Assembly (NCBI GenBank): GCA_038259155.1
Contig: JBBSPE010000002.1
Coordinates: forward strand, 723-64,722
Direction of reading: 5' to 3'
DNA length: 64,000 nt
Source: Gemmatimonadales bacterium
Lineage (GTDB): Bacteria; Gemmatimonadota; Gemmatimonadetes; Gemmatimonadales; Gemmatimonadaceae
Every line of letters begins with the position of its first letter. The stretch's first letter is position 1. The position numbers were made by a program, and so were the translations under genes. Shown here in pieces: positions 26,909 through 37,271 of the stretch. Under the pieces are notes generated by a model. That model was not told the DNA's origin. It searched no databases and worked only from the letters and a program-made list of their open reading frames with translations.

Positions 26909-28186
26909 ATGCAACGCCGAGTCTTTCTGAAGTCGGGGGCGATGGCGCTGGTGACAATGGGACTGTCGCCGTCGTTTCTCCGTCGCACCGTGATGGGGAT
27001 GTCGCTGCCCAAGGCCGCACGCGGCAAGACACTCATCTGCCTGTTCCAGCGCGGCGCGGCGGACGCCCTGAATGTTGTGGTGCCGTTTGGCGAACAGGCC
27101 TACTACACCGCGCGTCCGCAGCTCGCCGTCGCCGCACCCACGCGTGCGGCCGCAGGTACCGGGGCTATCGATCTGGACGGGTTCTTCGGGCTGCACCCGG
27201 CACTGTCGCCGTTCAAGCCGCTGTATGATCGCGGCGTGTTGGTGCCGGTGCACGCGGTGGGCAGTCCAAGCGCCACGCGCTCGCACTTTGACGCGCAGGA
27301 CTACATGGAGTCGGCCACCCCTGACCTCAAGGGCACGCGCAGCGGTTGGCTCAATCGCTATCTCGCCACCAAGGGCACCTGCGAAGCTGGCTGCGACGCG
27401 CACGCGTCCCCGTTTCGCGCGGTGTCCATGACGCAGCAGACGCCGCGCATTCTCGACGGTGACGCGCCGGTGGTGGCCATGAACTCGCTCCAGGAGTTCA
27501 GCATCCGTTCGTCCGGCGGTGATGCCGCGGCGCGACTGGAAGCGCTGTATCGCACCGGCAAGGCCGATGTTGTGCACGGCTCGGGCAGTGATGTGTTCGA
27601 AGCCATGAAGATGCTGCGATCGGCGAACCCGTTGCAGTATCGCCCCGTGACGGGCGCAAACTATCCGCGGTCGGCGTTCGGGCAGCGGCTGCAGCAGATC
27701 GCGCAACTCATCAAGAGTGACGTGGGCCTCGAGGTCGCCTTTGCCGACGTGGGCGGCTGGGACACGCACGTGAACCAGGGTGGCGCACAGGGACAGCTGG
27801 CGCAGCGCCTCGGCGACTTCTCGCAGTCCGTCGCAGCACTCGTCACCGATCTTGGCGATCGGATGGACGACGTGGTCATTCTCACCATGTCGGAGTTTGG
27901 CCGCACCGTACGCCAGAACGGTACCAGCGGCACCGACCACGGCCACGCGGGTGCGATGTTCGTGCTGGGTGGAAACCTTGGCGCGCGCCAGCGGGTTCTC
28001 GGAACATGGCCCGGTCTCGAACGCGAACAGCTCTACGAGGGACGCGACCTCGCACTCACCACGGATTTCCGAGCCGTGTTCAGCGAGGTGACGTCGCGAC
28101 ACCTGGGCGGCAACGCGCTCGGTGATGTATTTCCCGGATACGAGGCGCGACCGGACGCGTGGCTCGGACTGCTGCCGAGTGCGTAA
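26909..28186 (+). CDS. DUF1501-family (sulfatase-fold) protein with Tat-type signal
   Basis: MQRRVFLKSGAMALVTMG is Tat-like. GGWDTH and GTDHGHAG are DUF1501 motifs. It forms the conserved pair with DUF1800. Confidence 0.85.
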   Translation: MQRRVFLKSGAMALVTMGLSPSFLRRTVMGMSLPKAARGKTLICLFQRGAADALNVVVPFGEQAYYTARPQLAVAAPTRAAAGTGAIDLDGFFGLHPALSPFKPLYDRGVLVPVHAVGSPSATRSHFDAQDYMESATPDLKGTRSGWLNRYLATKGTCEAGCDAHASPFRAVSMTQQTPRILDGDAPVVAMNSLQEFSIRSSGGDAAARLEALYRTGKADVVHGSGSDVFEAMKMLRSANPLQYRPVTGANYPRSAFGQRLQQIAQLIKSDVGLEVAFADVGGWDTHVNQGGAQGQLAQRLGDFSQSVAALVTDLGDRMDDVVILTMSEFGRTVRQNGTSGTDHGHAGAMFVLGGNLGARQRVLGTWPGLEREQLYEGRDLALTTDFRAVFSEVTSRHLGGNALGDVFPGYEARPDAWLGLLPSA

Positions 28187-29321
28187 GTCGCCCGCGGTCG
28201 CAACAATCGCCGGAGCGCTGTTTGCAAAGGGGACAGCACGCCGGCGCCTGCTCCATGGGCATCTCATGGTCGGTCTGCTTGTTGGTTTGTCCGCGTGCGA
28301 CGGGATGGCCGGCGGGACGACACCGTTCGAGCCACGACCCACGGACCGGTGGGCGGCGGTGGACAGCGTCATCCGCGCCACCATCGCGACCGACGGCGGC
28401 AGTGGCGACCTCACCCTGAGTGTGTACAGCGCGCAGGACTCGCTCGTATTCGAACGCAGCTACGGCAACTTCTCGCCCACCACCGCCGTGGCCGTGGCCA
28501 GCGCGTCCAAGCTTGTGTCGGGCATGTTGCTGTTGGACGTCGTGTCGCGCGGTGAGCTGTCGCTTGAGAGCACCACGGGTTCTGTGCTGGGTTGGTCCGG
28601 CGCGCACGGCACGATCACGCTGCGCCAACTGCTGTCGTTCACTTCGGGCATGGACAGCGAGAATCTGTGCGCGTTCAATCCGCTCGTCACGCTCGCGAGT
28701 TGCGTGAACGCGATTGAGTCGGTGCCCTTGGTGGCCTCTCCCGGTACGCGTTTTGATTACGGCAGCACGCACCTGGCCACCGCTGCGCGCATGGCGGAGG
28801 TGGTCACCGGCAAAAGCTGGGCGACGCTGTTTCGTGAGCGAGTCGCCGATCCGCTGGGTCTGCCAGCTGCCGTGCGCTACTACGCACTGCCCAACCAGTC
28901 GCTCGGCACCAGCAATCCACTCGTTGCGGGCGGTCTGCGCGCCTCGGCCCGCGATTACGCCGCACTGCTCGCACTTGCTTTTCACAAAGGCACCTACAGC
29001 GGTGTGACCGTGGGAACGCCCGCACTTTTCGACCTGCAGACGCGTGAGCCCTTTCCCGCGGTGCAGATTGGCAGCTCACCGTCCGTGAACCTGGGCGTCC
29101 CCTTTCGGTATGGGCTGAGCGCTTGGCTCGAGTGCACCACGCCGGCCACCGGCTGCACGGTGATTTCCTCAGCCGGCGCGTTCGGCTTCACGCCGTGGCT
29201 CGATCGTGCCGAGGGGTACTACGCAACGCTGGCCATGGAGCGGCTGGATGGCGCCGGCACCGGATTCAGCGTGCGGCTGCAGCAGTCGCTCATCCCCTTC
29301 ATCAAGACCGCGCTGCGCTGA
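28179..29321 (+). CDS. Beta-lactamase-related serine hydrolase (class C/PBP4-like), probable lipoprotein
   Basis: It has the SxxK motif ASASKLVSG and a lipobox-like LVGLSAC. The start is uncertain: GTG 28179 (8-nt overlap with the upstream gene) or ATG 28266. Confidence 0.75.
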   Translation: MRKSPAVATIAGALFAKGTARRRLLHGHLMVGLLVGLSACDGMAGGTTPFEPRPTDRWAAVDSVIRATIATDGGSGDLTLSVYSAQDSLVFERSYGNFSPTTAVAVASASKLVSGMLLLDVVSRGELSLESTTGSVLGWSGAHGTITLRQLLSFTSGMDSENLCAFNPLVTLASCVNAIESVPLVASPGTRFDYGSTHLATAARMAEVVTGKSWATLFRERVADPLGLPAAVRYYALPNQSLGTSNPLVAGGLRASARDYAALLALAFHKGTYSGVTVGTPALFDLQTREPFPAVQIGSSPSVNLGVPFRYGLSAWLECTTPATGCTVISSAGAFGFTPWLDRAEGYYATLAMERLDGAGTGFSVRLQQSLIPFIKTALR

Positions 29322-29347
29322 CCGTTCCCGTGTTTCCGGGTTAGAAT
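29318..29347 (+). promoter_or_regulatory. Sigma-70-like promoter candidate (CTGACC-N18-TAGAAT) directly upstream of the rhomboid ATG
   Basis: TAGAAT lies at 29342-29347, 6 nt before the ATG at 29354, which implies a leaderless or near-leaderless mRNA. The -35-like hexamer overlaps the upstream stop codon. Confidence 0.3.
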
Positions 29348-29353
29348 GATCGC

Positions 29354-30112
29354 ATGACTCCTTGGGTAACCCGACTGATTTTTGCGAACGTCGCCGTGTT
29401 TCTGCTGCAGAAGGCCATGCCAGCGGTCACGAGCATGCTGGCGTTTGTGCCGGCCTACATTCTGGTGCGGCCGTGGACGCTGTTCACGTACATGTTCACG
29501 CACAGCACGATTGGCATTTCGCACATCCTGTTCAACATGTTCGCGCTGTACATTTTCGGCCCACGGGTTGAGGCACGGCTGGGCGGGAAGCATTTCATCC
29601 GGCTGTACCTGCTGGCGGGCGTGTCAGGCGGCCTGCTGTCGCTGTTCTTCACGCCGTTCGTGTCGATTGTGGGCGCGTCCGGCGCGGTGTTCGGCGTACA
29701 GCTCGCGTACGCAATGTTCTACCCACGGGACAAGATTTATATCTGGGGCGTGATCCCAGTGGAGGCCCGGGTGCTGGTCATCCTGATGACCGTCATCACG
29801 CTCTACGGTGGCTTCTCCGGCGGTGGTAATGTGGCGCACTTCGCCCATCTGGGCGGCTACGTGGGCGCGTACGCGTATCTCAAGTGGCTACAGAAGCGGG
29901 CGCCGAGCAAGCAGTGGGAAGCCAAGCTGGCCGGCCCGCCGGCCGCGAAGGTGGCGCTGGGCAACTGGAAAGGCGTGAACCTGGAGAGCGTGCACGAGGT
30001 GAACCGCGACGAGGTGAGTCGCATACTCGCAAAAATCCAGATGCAGGGCGAAAGCAGCCTGACATCACAGGAGAGGGTCTTTCTCGGTCACTTCACGCCA
30101 AAGGACGCGTAA
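29354..30112 (+). CDS. Rhomboid-family intramembrane serine protease
   Basis: GASGAVFG (catalytic Ser) and HFAHLGGYVGAY (catalytic His) sit in a multi-TM protein. It has a soluble C-terminal tail of about 70 aa. Confidence 0.85.
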   Translation: MTPWVTRLIFANVAVFLLQKAMPAVTSMLAFVPAYILVRPWTLFTYMFTHSTIGISHILFNMFALYIFGPRVEARLGGKHFIRLYLLAGVSGGLLSLFFTPFVSIVGASGAVFGVQLAYAMFYPRDKIYIWGVIPVEARVLVILMTVITLYGGFSGGGNVAHFAHLGGYVGAYAYLKWLQKRAPSKQWEAKLAGPPAAKVALGNWKGVNLESVHEVNRDEVSRILAKIQMQGESSLTSQERVFLGHFTPKDA

Positions 30113-30130
30113 CGCACCTCGCGCCGGCCA

Positions 30131-32479
30131 TCATTGCCGACCCGGCCCGCGACCTCGACGCCTCGTGTCCTCGCGCGCCTTGCGTTTGGCCTCCTGGGCA
30201 AGGCGCTCGAGCAGCGCATTGCGGAGCTCTCCTTCGCCGATAGCCTCGCGCAGGGCGTCCACGGCGGCGTCGATGACCTCATCGGGATCTCCGTCGAAGT
30301 CACGATCGAATGAACCGTCGCGCACTCCGTCGCGCACTCCATCAAGCACACCGTCGAGCGACCCGGTAAAGCGAAACCAACCGCCATCGCACGACTCGGT
30401 GGGCTCGGCCCCTGGTTTGAACCACTCCTCCTGCGACTCGCCACACCAGCCGTTGGACAGCAGGCCAGTATTGGCGTCGATGGTGCGCGACACCAGCGTC
30501 GGCGGCGCAACCCAGGCGCGATCGCGTTCCGGTGAACGCCAGCCCGTGCGCATGAACTGCGCCCACACGGGCGCCGCATAGCGGCCTCCGCTGGCGGCAG
30601 CACCCAGCGAAGTGGGCGTGTCGGCGCCCAACCACACGCCGGTGATGAGCGTGGGCGAGTAGCCCACAAACCACGCGTCGGCTCCTTCATTCGTCGTGCC
30701 CGTCTTTCCGGCGACTGGTCCGCGCACACCGTATTCGCGCACCGCGTGTCCCGTGCCCTGATCCACCACCGAGCGCAGCATGCTGGTGACCAGAAACGCA
30801 TCCTCTACACTCAGCGCACGCTCGCGCACATCGGGAGCGCGCTCCCACAACACGCGACCATCTGCGGTTTCGATGCGCGACAGCACGTGTGGCGTCACAC
30901 GCCAGCCGCCGTTCGCGAACGGGGCATAGGCCGCCGTGAGCTCCAGCGGCGTGAGCGAAGCGGCGCCAAGGGCGAGTGACGGCACGTCGGGCAGGGTGGA
31001 CGTCACGCCGAGCGCGCGCGCCGCGCTGATGATGCGCTCGTTGCCGATGTCCTGCGCCAGCCGCACGGTGGCCGTATTGGACGAGCGCACGAGCGCGGTG
31101 CGCATGGTCATGCGGCCATCAAAGTCGTCACTGAAATTGGTGGGCGTCCACATGGTACGGCCGGATTTGATGGTGACCGGCTCGTCGGTGAGCATGCGGT
31201 TGCCGGCGTAGCCGTTGGCCACGGCCGCCGCATACACAAACGGCTTGAACGTGGACCCGACCTGACGACTCGCGAGCGTCGCCCGATTGAAGCCGCGCGC
31301 GTCCACGGCGCGACCACCGGCCACCGCGCGAATGGCGCCGTTGAGCGGATCAACGGCAATCAGCGCGCCCTGCGTGGGATTGTCGCGCGCACCGCGCCGA
31401 GCGCCGTCCACACGCTTGGCACCCGCCGCAATCGCACGCTCGGCCGCCCGCTGCGCACGCACGTCGATGGTGGTGAACACGGCCAAATCGTGCGACCGGT
31501 CCGCGCGCGAGATCACACCCGCGTCCTGCAGCGAATCCAGCGCGTCGCGCACCACGTCCACCGCCCACGTGTGCGCCGGCCACTCGGGACTCCACGCCCG
31601 CCTGGGCACGCGCACCGCACGACCACGCACTTTCGCGGCGGCCGAGGAGTCCATGATACCGGCAGTGGCGAGCACGCCCAGCACCACATCGCGGCGCGCC
31701 TGCGCACGCTCGGGATACTTGCGCGGCGAATACGCCGATGGCGCCTTGGGCAAACCGGCGAGCAGCGCCGCGTCGGCGACGGTCGCCTTCGAGATGCTCT
31801 TGCCCAGCAGATCGCGGCTCGCCGCCTCGATGCCCCACGTGCCGTTGCCGAAGTAGATCGTGTTGAGATAGCGCTCGAGAATCTCGTCCTTGCTGAGCGC
31901 GGACTCGATGAGACCGGTGTAGCGGACCTCGAGAGCCTTGCGCCGCCAGCCACGTGTGGAGGAGGTGAGAAACGCGTTGCGCGCGAGCTGCATGGTGATG
32001 GTGCTTGCCCCCTCGCGCACGCCACCGGCACGCACGTTGTTCACCATCGCGCGCAGCACGCCACGCACGTCAATGCCGTGATGGTCGCGGAACCGCCGAT
32101 CCTCCACCGCAACGAACGCCTCGCGCACGTGCACCGGAATCTTGTCGAAGGCCACGGGAATGCGACGCACCGGATCGAGCATGCCGAGTAGTTCGCCGTC
32201 GTGCGCGAGCAGCCGGTCACCGGCACGTGGGCGCCACTCGCGCAGTTCAGCCGTTGTGGGACAGCCGGCGAAGCCGCACGTCTGCCACCAGGTCGCGCCG
32301 GTGGCCGAGGTGAGCGCGATCAACGCCGCGGCGCCGGCCCAGACGCGCCGATCCTGTCGAGCGCGCGCGGCCAGCGGCCGCAGGCCGTCCACGACGCGAT
32401 CCGCCATGCGGCGCAGGAAGTGGAGCAGCTGCCCTGCCCGTGGGCGCGGTGCGCCACTAGCGTTCGGTTCGTGTTGCAT
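30131..32479 (-). CDS. Class A penicillin-binding protein (PBP1A-type transglycosylase/transpeptidase)
   Basis: The GT51 motifs are EDRRFRDHHGID and GASTITMQLARN. The transpeptidase motifs are SxxK (STFKPF) and KTGTT. The start is at internal Met 23 (MQHEPN). Confidence 0.9.
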   Translation of the reverse strand: MQHEPNASGAPRPRAGQLLHFLRRMADRVVDGLRPLAARARQDRRVWAGAAALIALTSATGATWWQTCGFAGCPTTAELREWRPRAGDRLLAHDGELLGMLDPVRRIPVAFDKIPVHVREAFVAVEDRRFRDHHGIDVRGVLRAMVNNVRAGGVREGASTITMQLARNAFLTSSTRGWRRKALEVRYTGLIESALSKDEILERYLNTIYFGNGTWGIEAASRDLLGKSISKATVADAALLAGLPKAPSAYSPRKYPERAQARRDVVLGVLATAGIMDSSAAAKVRGRAVRVPRRAWSPEWPAHTWAVDVVRDALDSLQDAGVISRADRSHDLAVFTTIDVRAQRAAERAIAAGAKRVDGARRGARDNPTQGALIAVDPLNGAIRAVAGGRAVDARGFNRATLASRQVGSTFKPFVYAAAVANGYAGNRMLTDEPVTIKSGRTMWTPTNFSDDFDGRMTMRTALVRSSNTATVRLAQDIGNERIISAARALGVTSTLPDVPSLALGAASLTPLELTAAYAPFANGGWRVTPHVLSRIETADGRVLWERAPDVRERALSVEDAFLVTSMLRSVVDQGTGHAVREYGVRGPVAGKTGTTNEGADAWFVGYSPTLITGVWLGADTPTSLGAAASGGRYAAPVWAQFMRTGWRSPERDRAWVAPPTLVSRTIDANTGLLSNGWCGESQEEWFKPGAEPTESCDGGWFRFTGSLDGVLDGVRDGVRDGSFDRDFDGDPDEVIDAAVDALREAIGEGELRNALLERLAQEAKRKAREDTRRRGRGPGRQ

Positions 32480-32563
32480 CACCGTGTTTCGACCCCGCTC
32501 CCGATGTCGAGTTTCGCCCACAACGCCGTGCGCGTCGAGCGCCACCTGTCCAACAACTTCTTC

Positions 32564-33751
32564 ATGCGCCCCACGGTGCGTGCGCCGGGACTGTTCCGTG
32601 GGTTCAGCGGCGTCCGGGCAGCCGCCGTCTGGCTGACGCTTTCGCTGCTGGCGGCCTGCGATACCTCCACCCCAGACGCGCGATTGTCCGCTTCCGCGCC
32701 AATCGCGTCGCCGGCCACGGAGGCACCCGTTCCCGCCTCCGTACGGTTGGACGCCACGAGTGGTGACACGGTTCGTCCCAGTTCTTCAGATCCCCGGACA
32801 ACGCCGCCTGCGGCTGTGGCGAGCTCGACCGTGGCGGGCCGCTCCCAGCCCGTGGACAGCGCCACCGCCGCACGGACACCCGACGAATACGGCCGCATCC
32901 CCATTCTCGAGTATCATCTCGTGGTGGACGAGGACGGCAGTTACGCTGTGAGCCGCGAACGCTTCCGGGCAGAGCTCGACACGCTGTACGCCCGCGGCTA
33001 CCGCCCGATCAGCCTGACCGAGCTGCTGGACAAACGCATCGACCTGGCGCGCGGGCTCTCGCCGGTGCTGTTCGTGTTCGATGACGCCTCGCCCAGCCAG
33101 TTCCGGTACGTGCTGCGCGACAGCGTGCCCGTGATCGACTCGAGCAGCGCGCTGGGCATCTGGCTGGCGTTCGCGCGCGACAAGCCGGACTGGCGCAATC
33201 GCGGCCTGTTCTGCCTGCTCTCGGGCGCCGAGGCGGGCCGCTCGTTCTTTGGCAACAAGGGGATCGAGGGGCAGGAAACCGCGTGGCGCTTCGCCAAACT
33301 GCAGCAGCTGGATTCGCTGGGCTTCGAGTTGTGCAATCACACGTTGTGGCACGCGCGACTGGACAAGTACGCGGACGGATTCGTGCAGGAACAGATTGCG
33401 CGCGGCGAGCTGGCGATCGACTCCGCCATTCCGGGCTATCGTGTACGCGGCTTCGCGCTGCCATTGGGCATGTGGCCGAAGAATCGCGCGTTGGCGTCGC
33501 GCGGCTCGTGGACCGACCCCAGGTCAGGGCGCGTGGTGTCGTATGACTACGACGCCGTGTTCGAAGTGGCAGGCGGACCGGCGCGCAGTCCGTATGATGC
33601 CAAGTTCACCCCGCAATCACTGCCGCGCGTACCGCTCTTTCGGAACGCTCCGCTGTCCACCACGTTGCGCTCGCTCGAACGCGACAGTCTTGCCCGCCGC
33701 TACGTCAGCGACGGCGACCCGAACACGGTCAGCGGCCGGCCGCGGCCATGA
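32564..33751 (+). CDS. Polysaccharide deacetylase-like lipoprotein (NodB-homology family)
   Basis: MRPTVRAPGLFRGFSGVRAAAVWLTLSLLAAC gives a lipoprotein signal. ILEYHLV...LFVFDDASPSQF...LCNHTLWH fits a NodB-type deacetylase. The alternative ATG 32504 leaves only 24 bp to the divergent PBP gene. Confidence 0.6.
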   Translation: MRPTVRAPGLFRGFSGVRAAAVWLTLSLLAACDTSTPDARLSASAPIASPATEAPVPASVRLDATSGDTVRPSSSDPRTTPPAAVASSTVAGRSQPVDSATAARTPDEYGRIPILEYHLVVDEDGSYAVSRERFRAELDTLYARGYRPISLTELLDKRIDLARGLSPVLFVFDDASPSQFRYVLRDSVPVIDSSSALGIWLAFARDKPDWRNRGLFCLLSGAEAGRSFFGNKGIEGQETAWRFAKLQQLDSLGFELCNHTLWHARLDKYADGFVQEQIARGELAIDSAIPGYRVRGFALPLGMWPKNRALASRGSWTDPRSGRVVSYDYDAVFEVAGGPARSPYDAKFTPQSLPRVPLFRNAPLSTTLRSLERDSLARRYVSDGDPNTVSGRPRP

Positions 33752-34232
33752 GTTCGTCCCACCGGTCGACGGCGCGCCGCAGGTGGGGAATCACAATGCT
33801 GCCGCCCACCACGAGTCCGATGCTGAGTGTCTCGAACACCTCGTCGCGCGTGACGCCTTCCTCCGCGCATCGCACGATGTGGTAGGTGATGCAATCGTCG
33901 CAGCGCAGCACGAGCGAGGCGACGAGGCCGAGCAGTTCTTTCGTCTTGACGTTGAGTGCGCCCGTGTCGTAGGCGCGACCGTCCAGCGCGAAGAACCGAT
34001 TGATCACCAGGTTGTTCTCGCCGAGGATACGCGTGTTCATGCGTTCGCGGAACTCGCGGAACTCCGCCAGGGCGCGGGACGCGTCCGCGCCAGCGGCGCT
34101 TGCGCCAGCGGCGATGGCGCCAGCGGCGATGGCGCCAGCGGTGGACGTCAGTTCGGGTGCCGAGGGATCGCCGGTGGCATCGGGCGCCGGCGCGGGTGGG
34201 TGGGTGTCGTGGTCGGGGCTCACAGCGTCCAC
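33729..34232 (-). CDS. Carboxymuconolactone decarboxylase (AhpD-like) family protein
   Basis: KTKELLGLVASLVLRCDDCITYH is the CxxC core of the CMD family. The N-terminus is Ala/Gly-rich and is encoded by a 15-bp tandem repeat. Confidence 0.8.
   Translation of the reverse strand: MDAVSPDHDTHPPAPAPDATGDPSAPELTSTAGAIAAGAIAAGASAAGADASRALAEFREFRERMNTRILGENNLVINRFFALDGRAYDTGALNVKTKELLGLVASLVLRCDDCITYHIVRCAEEGVTRDEVFETLSIGLVVGGSIVIPHLRRAVDRWDELMAAAGR
34087..34146. repeat. Four tandem copies of a 15-bp unit (GCGCCAGCGGCGATG-like) inside the CMD-family gene
   Basis: Read directly from the sequence. It encodes the AGAIAAGAIAAGASAAGA stretch on the minus strand. Confidence 0.85.
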
Positions 34233-34813
34233 TTGCGCAGGGTGGTCAGCGCCGTCTCCAGCGCCGCTTTCTGCTGCTCACTGGTGGCGAGTGCGAGCAG
34301 CTGTTCGTAGGTCCGGATAGCGAGCGCCATGGCTTCCTTGTCCTGCTCGGCGCTGGCCAGCGAGGCGGCGTTGTCTGCCAGCGCGGCCTTGGCCAGCTGG
34401 TCGTCGGGAAACCGTTCGGTGACCTGCAGCCAGCGAATGGTGCGATCGCGCTGATTGCCCTCAGTGAGGGCCCACATGTGCCAAGCCCCACGGTTCTTCG
34501 GATCGGCGGCGATGGCGCGGTCGGCAAGCACGCCCACGACTTCCGGTCCCCGTCCGCTCAGCCAGTAGGCGTTGGCGAGGATGACAAGTGCACGGGCGTT
34601 GGTGGGTTGTTCGTCCACCACCCGTTCATAGATGGGGCCGGCCACTTCGGGCATTTCGCGCCACGGTTCAACGGCGGCGATGAGGGCGTCGGCGGTGGTG
34701 CCGTCGCGCAGAGTGTGGAGGCGTTCCATGAGGACGCCCAGATTTCCGGAGCCTTCGTAGGCGGAAACGGCCTGCTCGATGCGTGACCGGAGGTCAGTGG
34801 GTGGAGCGATCAT
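34220..34813 (-). CDS. Hypothetical helical (TPR-like) protein
   Basis: 197 aa from MIAPPTDLRSRIEQ. It is predicted all-helical, with ALVILANAYWLSGR and KNRGAWHMWAL resembling TPR-like repeats. It overlaps the downstream CMD gene start by 13 nt. Confidence 0.4.
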   Translation of the reverse strand: MIAPPTDLRSRIEQAVSAYEGSGNLGVLMERLHTLRDGTTADALIAAVEPWREMPEVAGPIYERVVDEQPTNARALVILANAYWLSGRGPEVVGVLADRAIAADPKNRGAWHMWALTEGNQRDRTIRWLQVTERFPDDQLAKAALADNAASLASAEQDKEAMALAIRTYEQLLALATSEQQKAALETALTTLRKWTL

Positions 34814-35372
34814 AGCGGTCAAATGTAGCGGGCGGACGCGGCGATCGGGACAGTCGCATGGCGGCCGACGGTCCGTCGGTGGGCGGACCGCCGTGACGCG
34901 GTCTGCAGCAATTCGTCTCTTTCGTGACGTGGGGTGGCTTGCGCGATTTGGCCCGGTCTGCAACATTCCTTGCGTCGTTGGCGTAGAAACGTCAACGAAG
35001 CGAGGTCAACGAACGTACAGACCCCCGAAGGTCCCCGGCCAGCCGGCGGAGTCCTGTCACGCGAACGGCGTGGCACCCGCTCACGGGTTTGCACCTGCTG
35101 GTCCTGAGACGACGACGCAGTGCGTCGGGACATCCCCACTCGGTGTCAACGTCCCCTGCGAAAACGGATGGGTTCTCCCCCGTCCGCAGCACGACGGCCA
35201 GTAGCCCATCCGTCCTGATCATCAGTACCAGTTCCAGTCCCGCGGGAGCTTCTGCTCCCTCGGAAAGACTGATCCCGTGCGACATGCACGAATCGGCGCA
35301 CCCGCGCCGAACGCCGGATCGGTGTATGCACGTGGTGCATCCACCCGTCCTCCACGCCCCACGCAGTACAGC
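34814..35372 (+). promoter_or_regulatory. Long (559-bp) divergent intergenic region / rho leader with C-rich, G-poor stretches
   Basis: No credible CDS is present. Stretches such as cccatccgtcctgatcatcagtaccagttccagtccc (about 35.2 kb) are C-rich and G-poor like rut sites. Rho autoregulation through its leader is established in E. coli. This is inference here. Confidence 0.25.
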
Positions 35373-37058
<1,686 letters not shown>

Positions 37059-37095
37059 CACACGCGTTGCGCAACGAATCGGGAGACCACGAGAA

Positions 37096-37125
37096 GGGCG
37101 GGCCATCGACGGCTCGCCCTTTTTG
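37096..37125 (+). terminator. Rho-independent terminator after rho
   Basis: The stem is gggcgggcc / ggctcgccc (9 bp, one mismatch) with a 6-nt loop. It is followed by TTTTTGT, 38 nt after the rho stop. Confidence 0.65.
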
Positions 37126-37271
37126 TGGTCTGCACCCGCGTCGGACAACGTGCCCGCGGAAGACTCCCGCTAAAGCTCGCAGCGCGCGAGCCGATACCTC
37201 GAAGAGGACCCTTCGTGATCATCGATCGCGGACCTGCGCCACTGGCCGCTCCCCTTTTCCCGCTCATTGGC

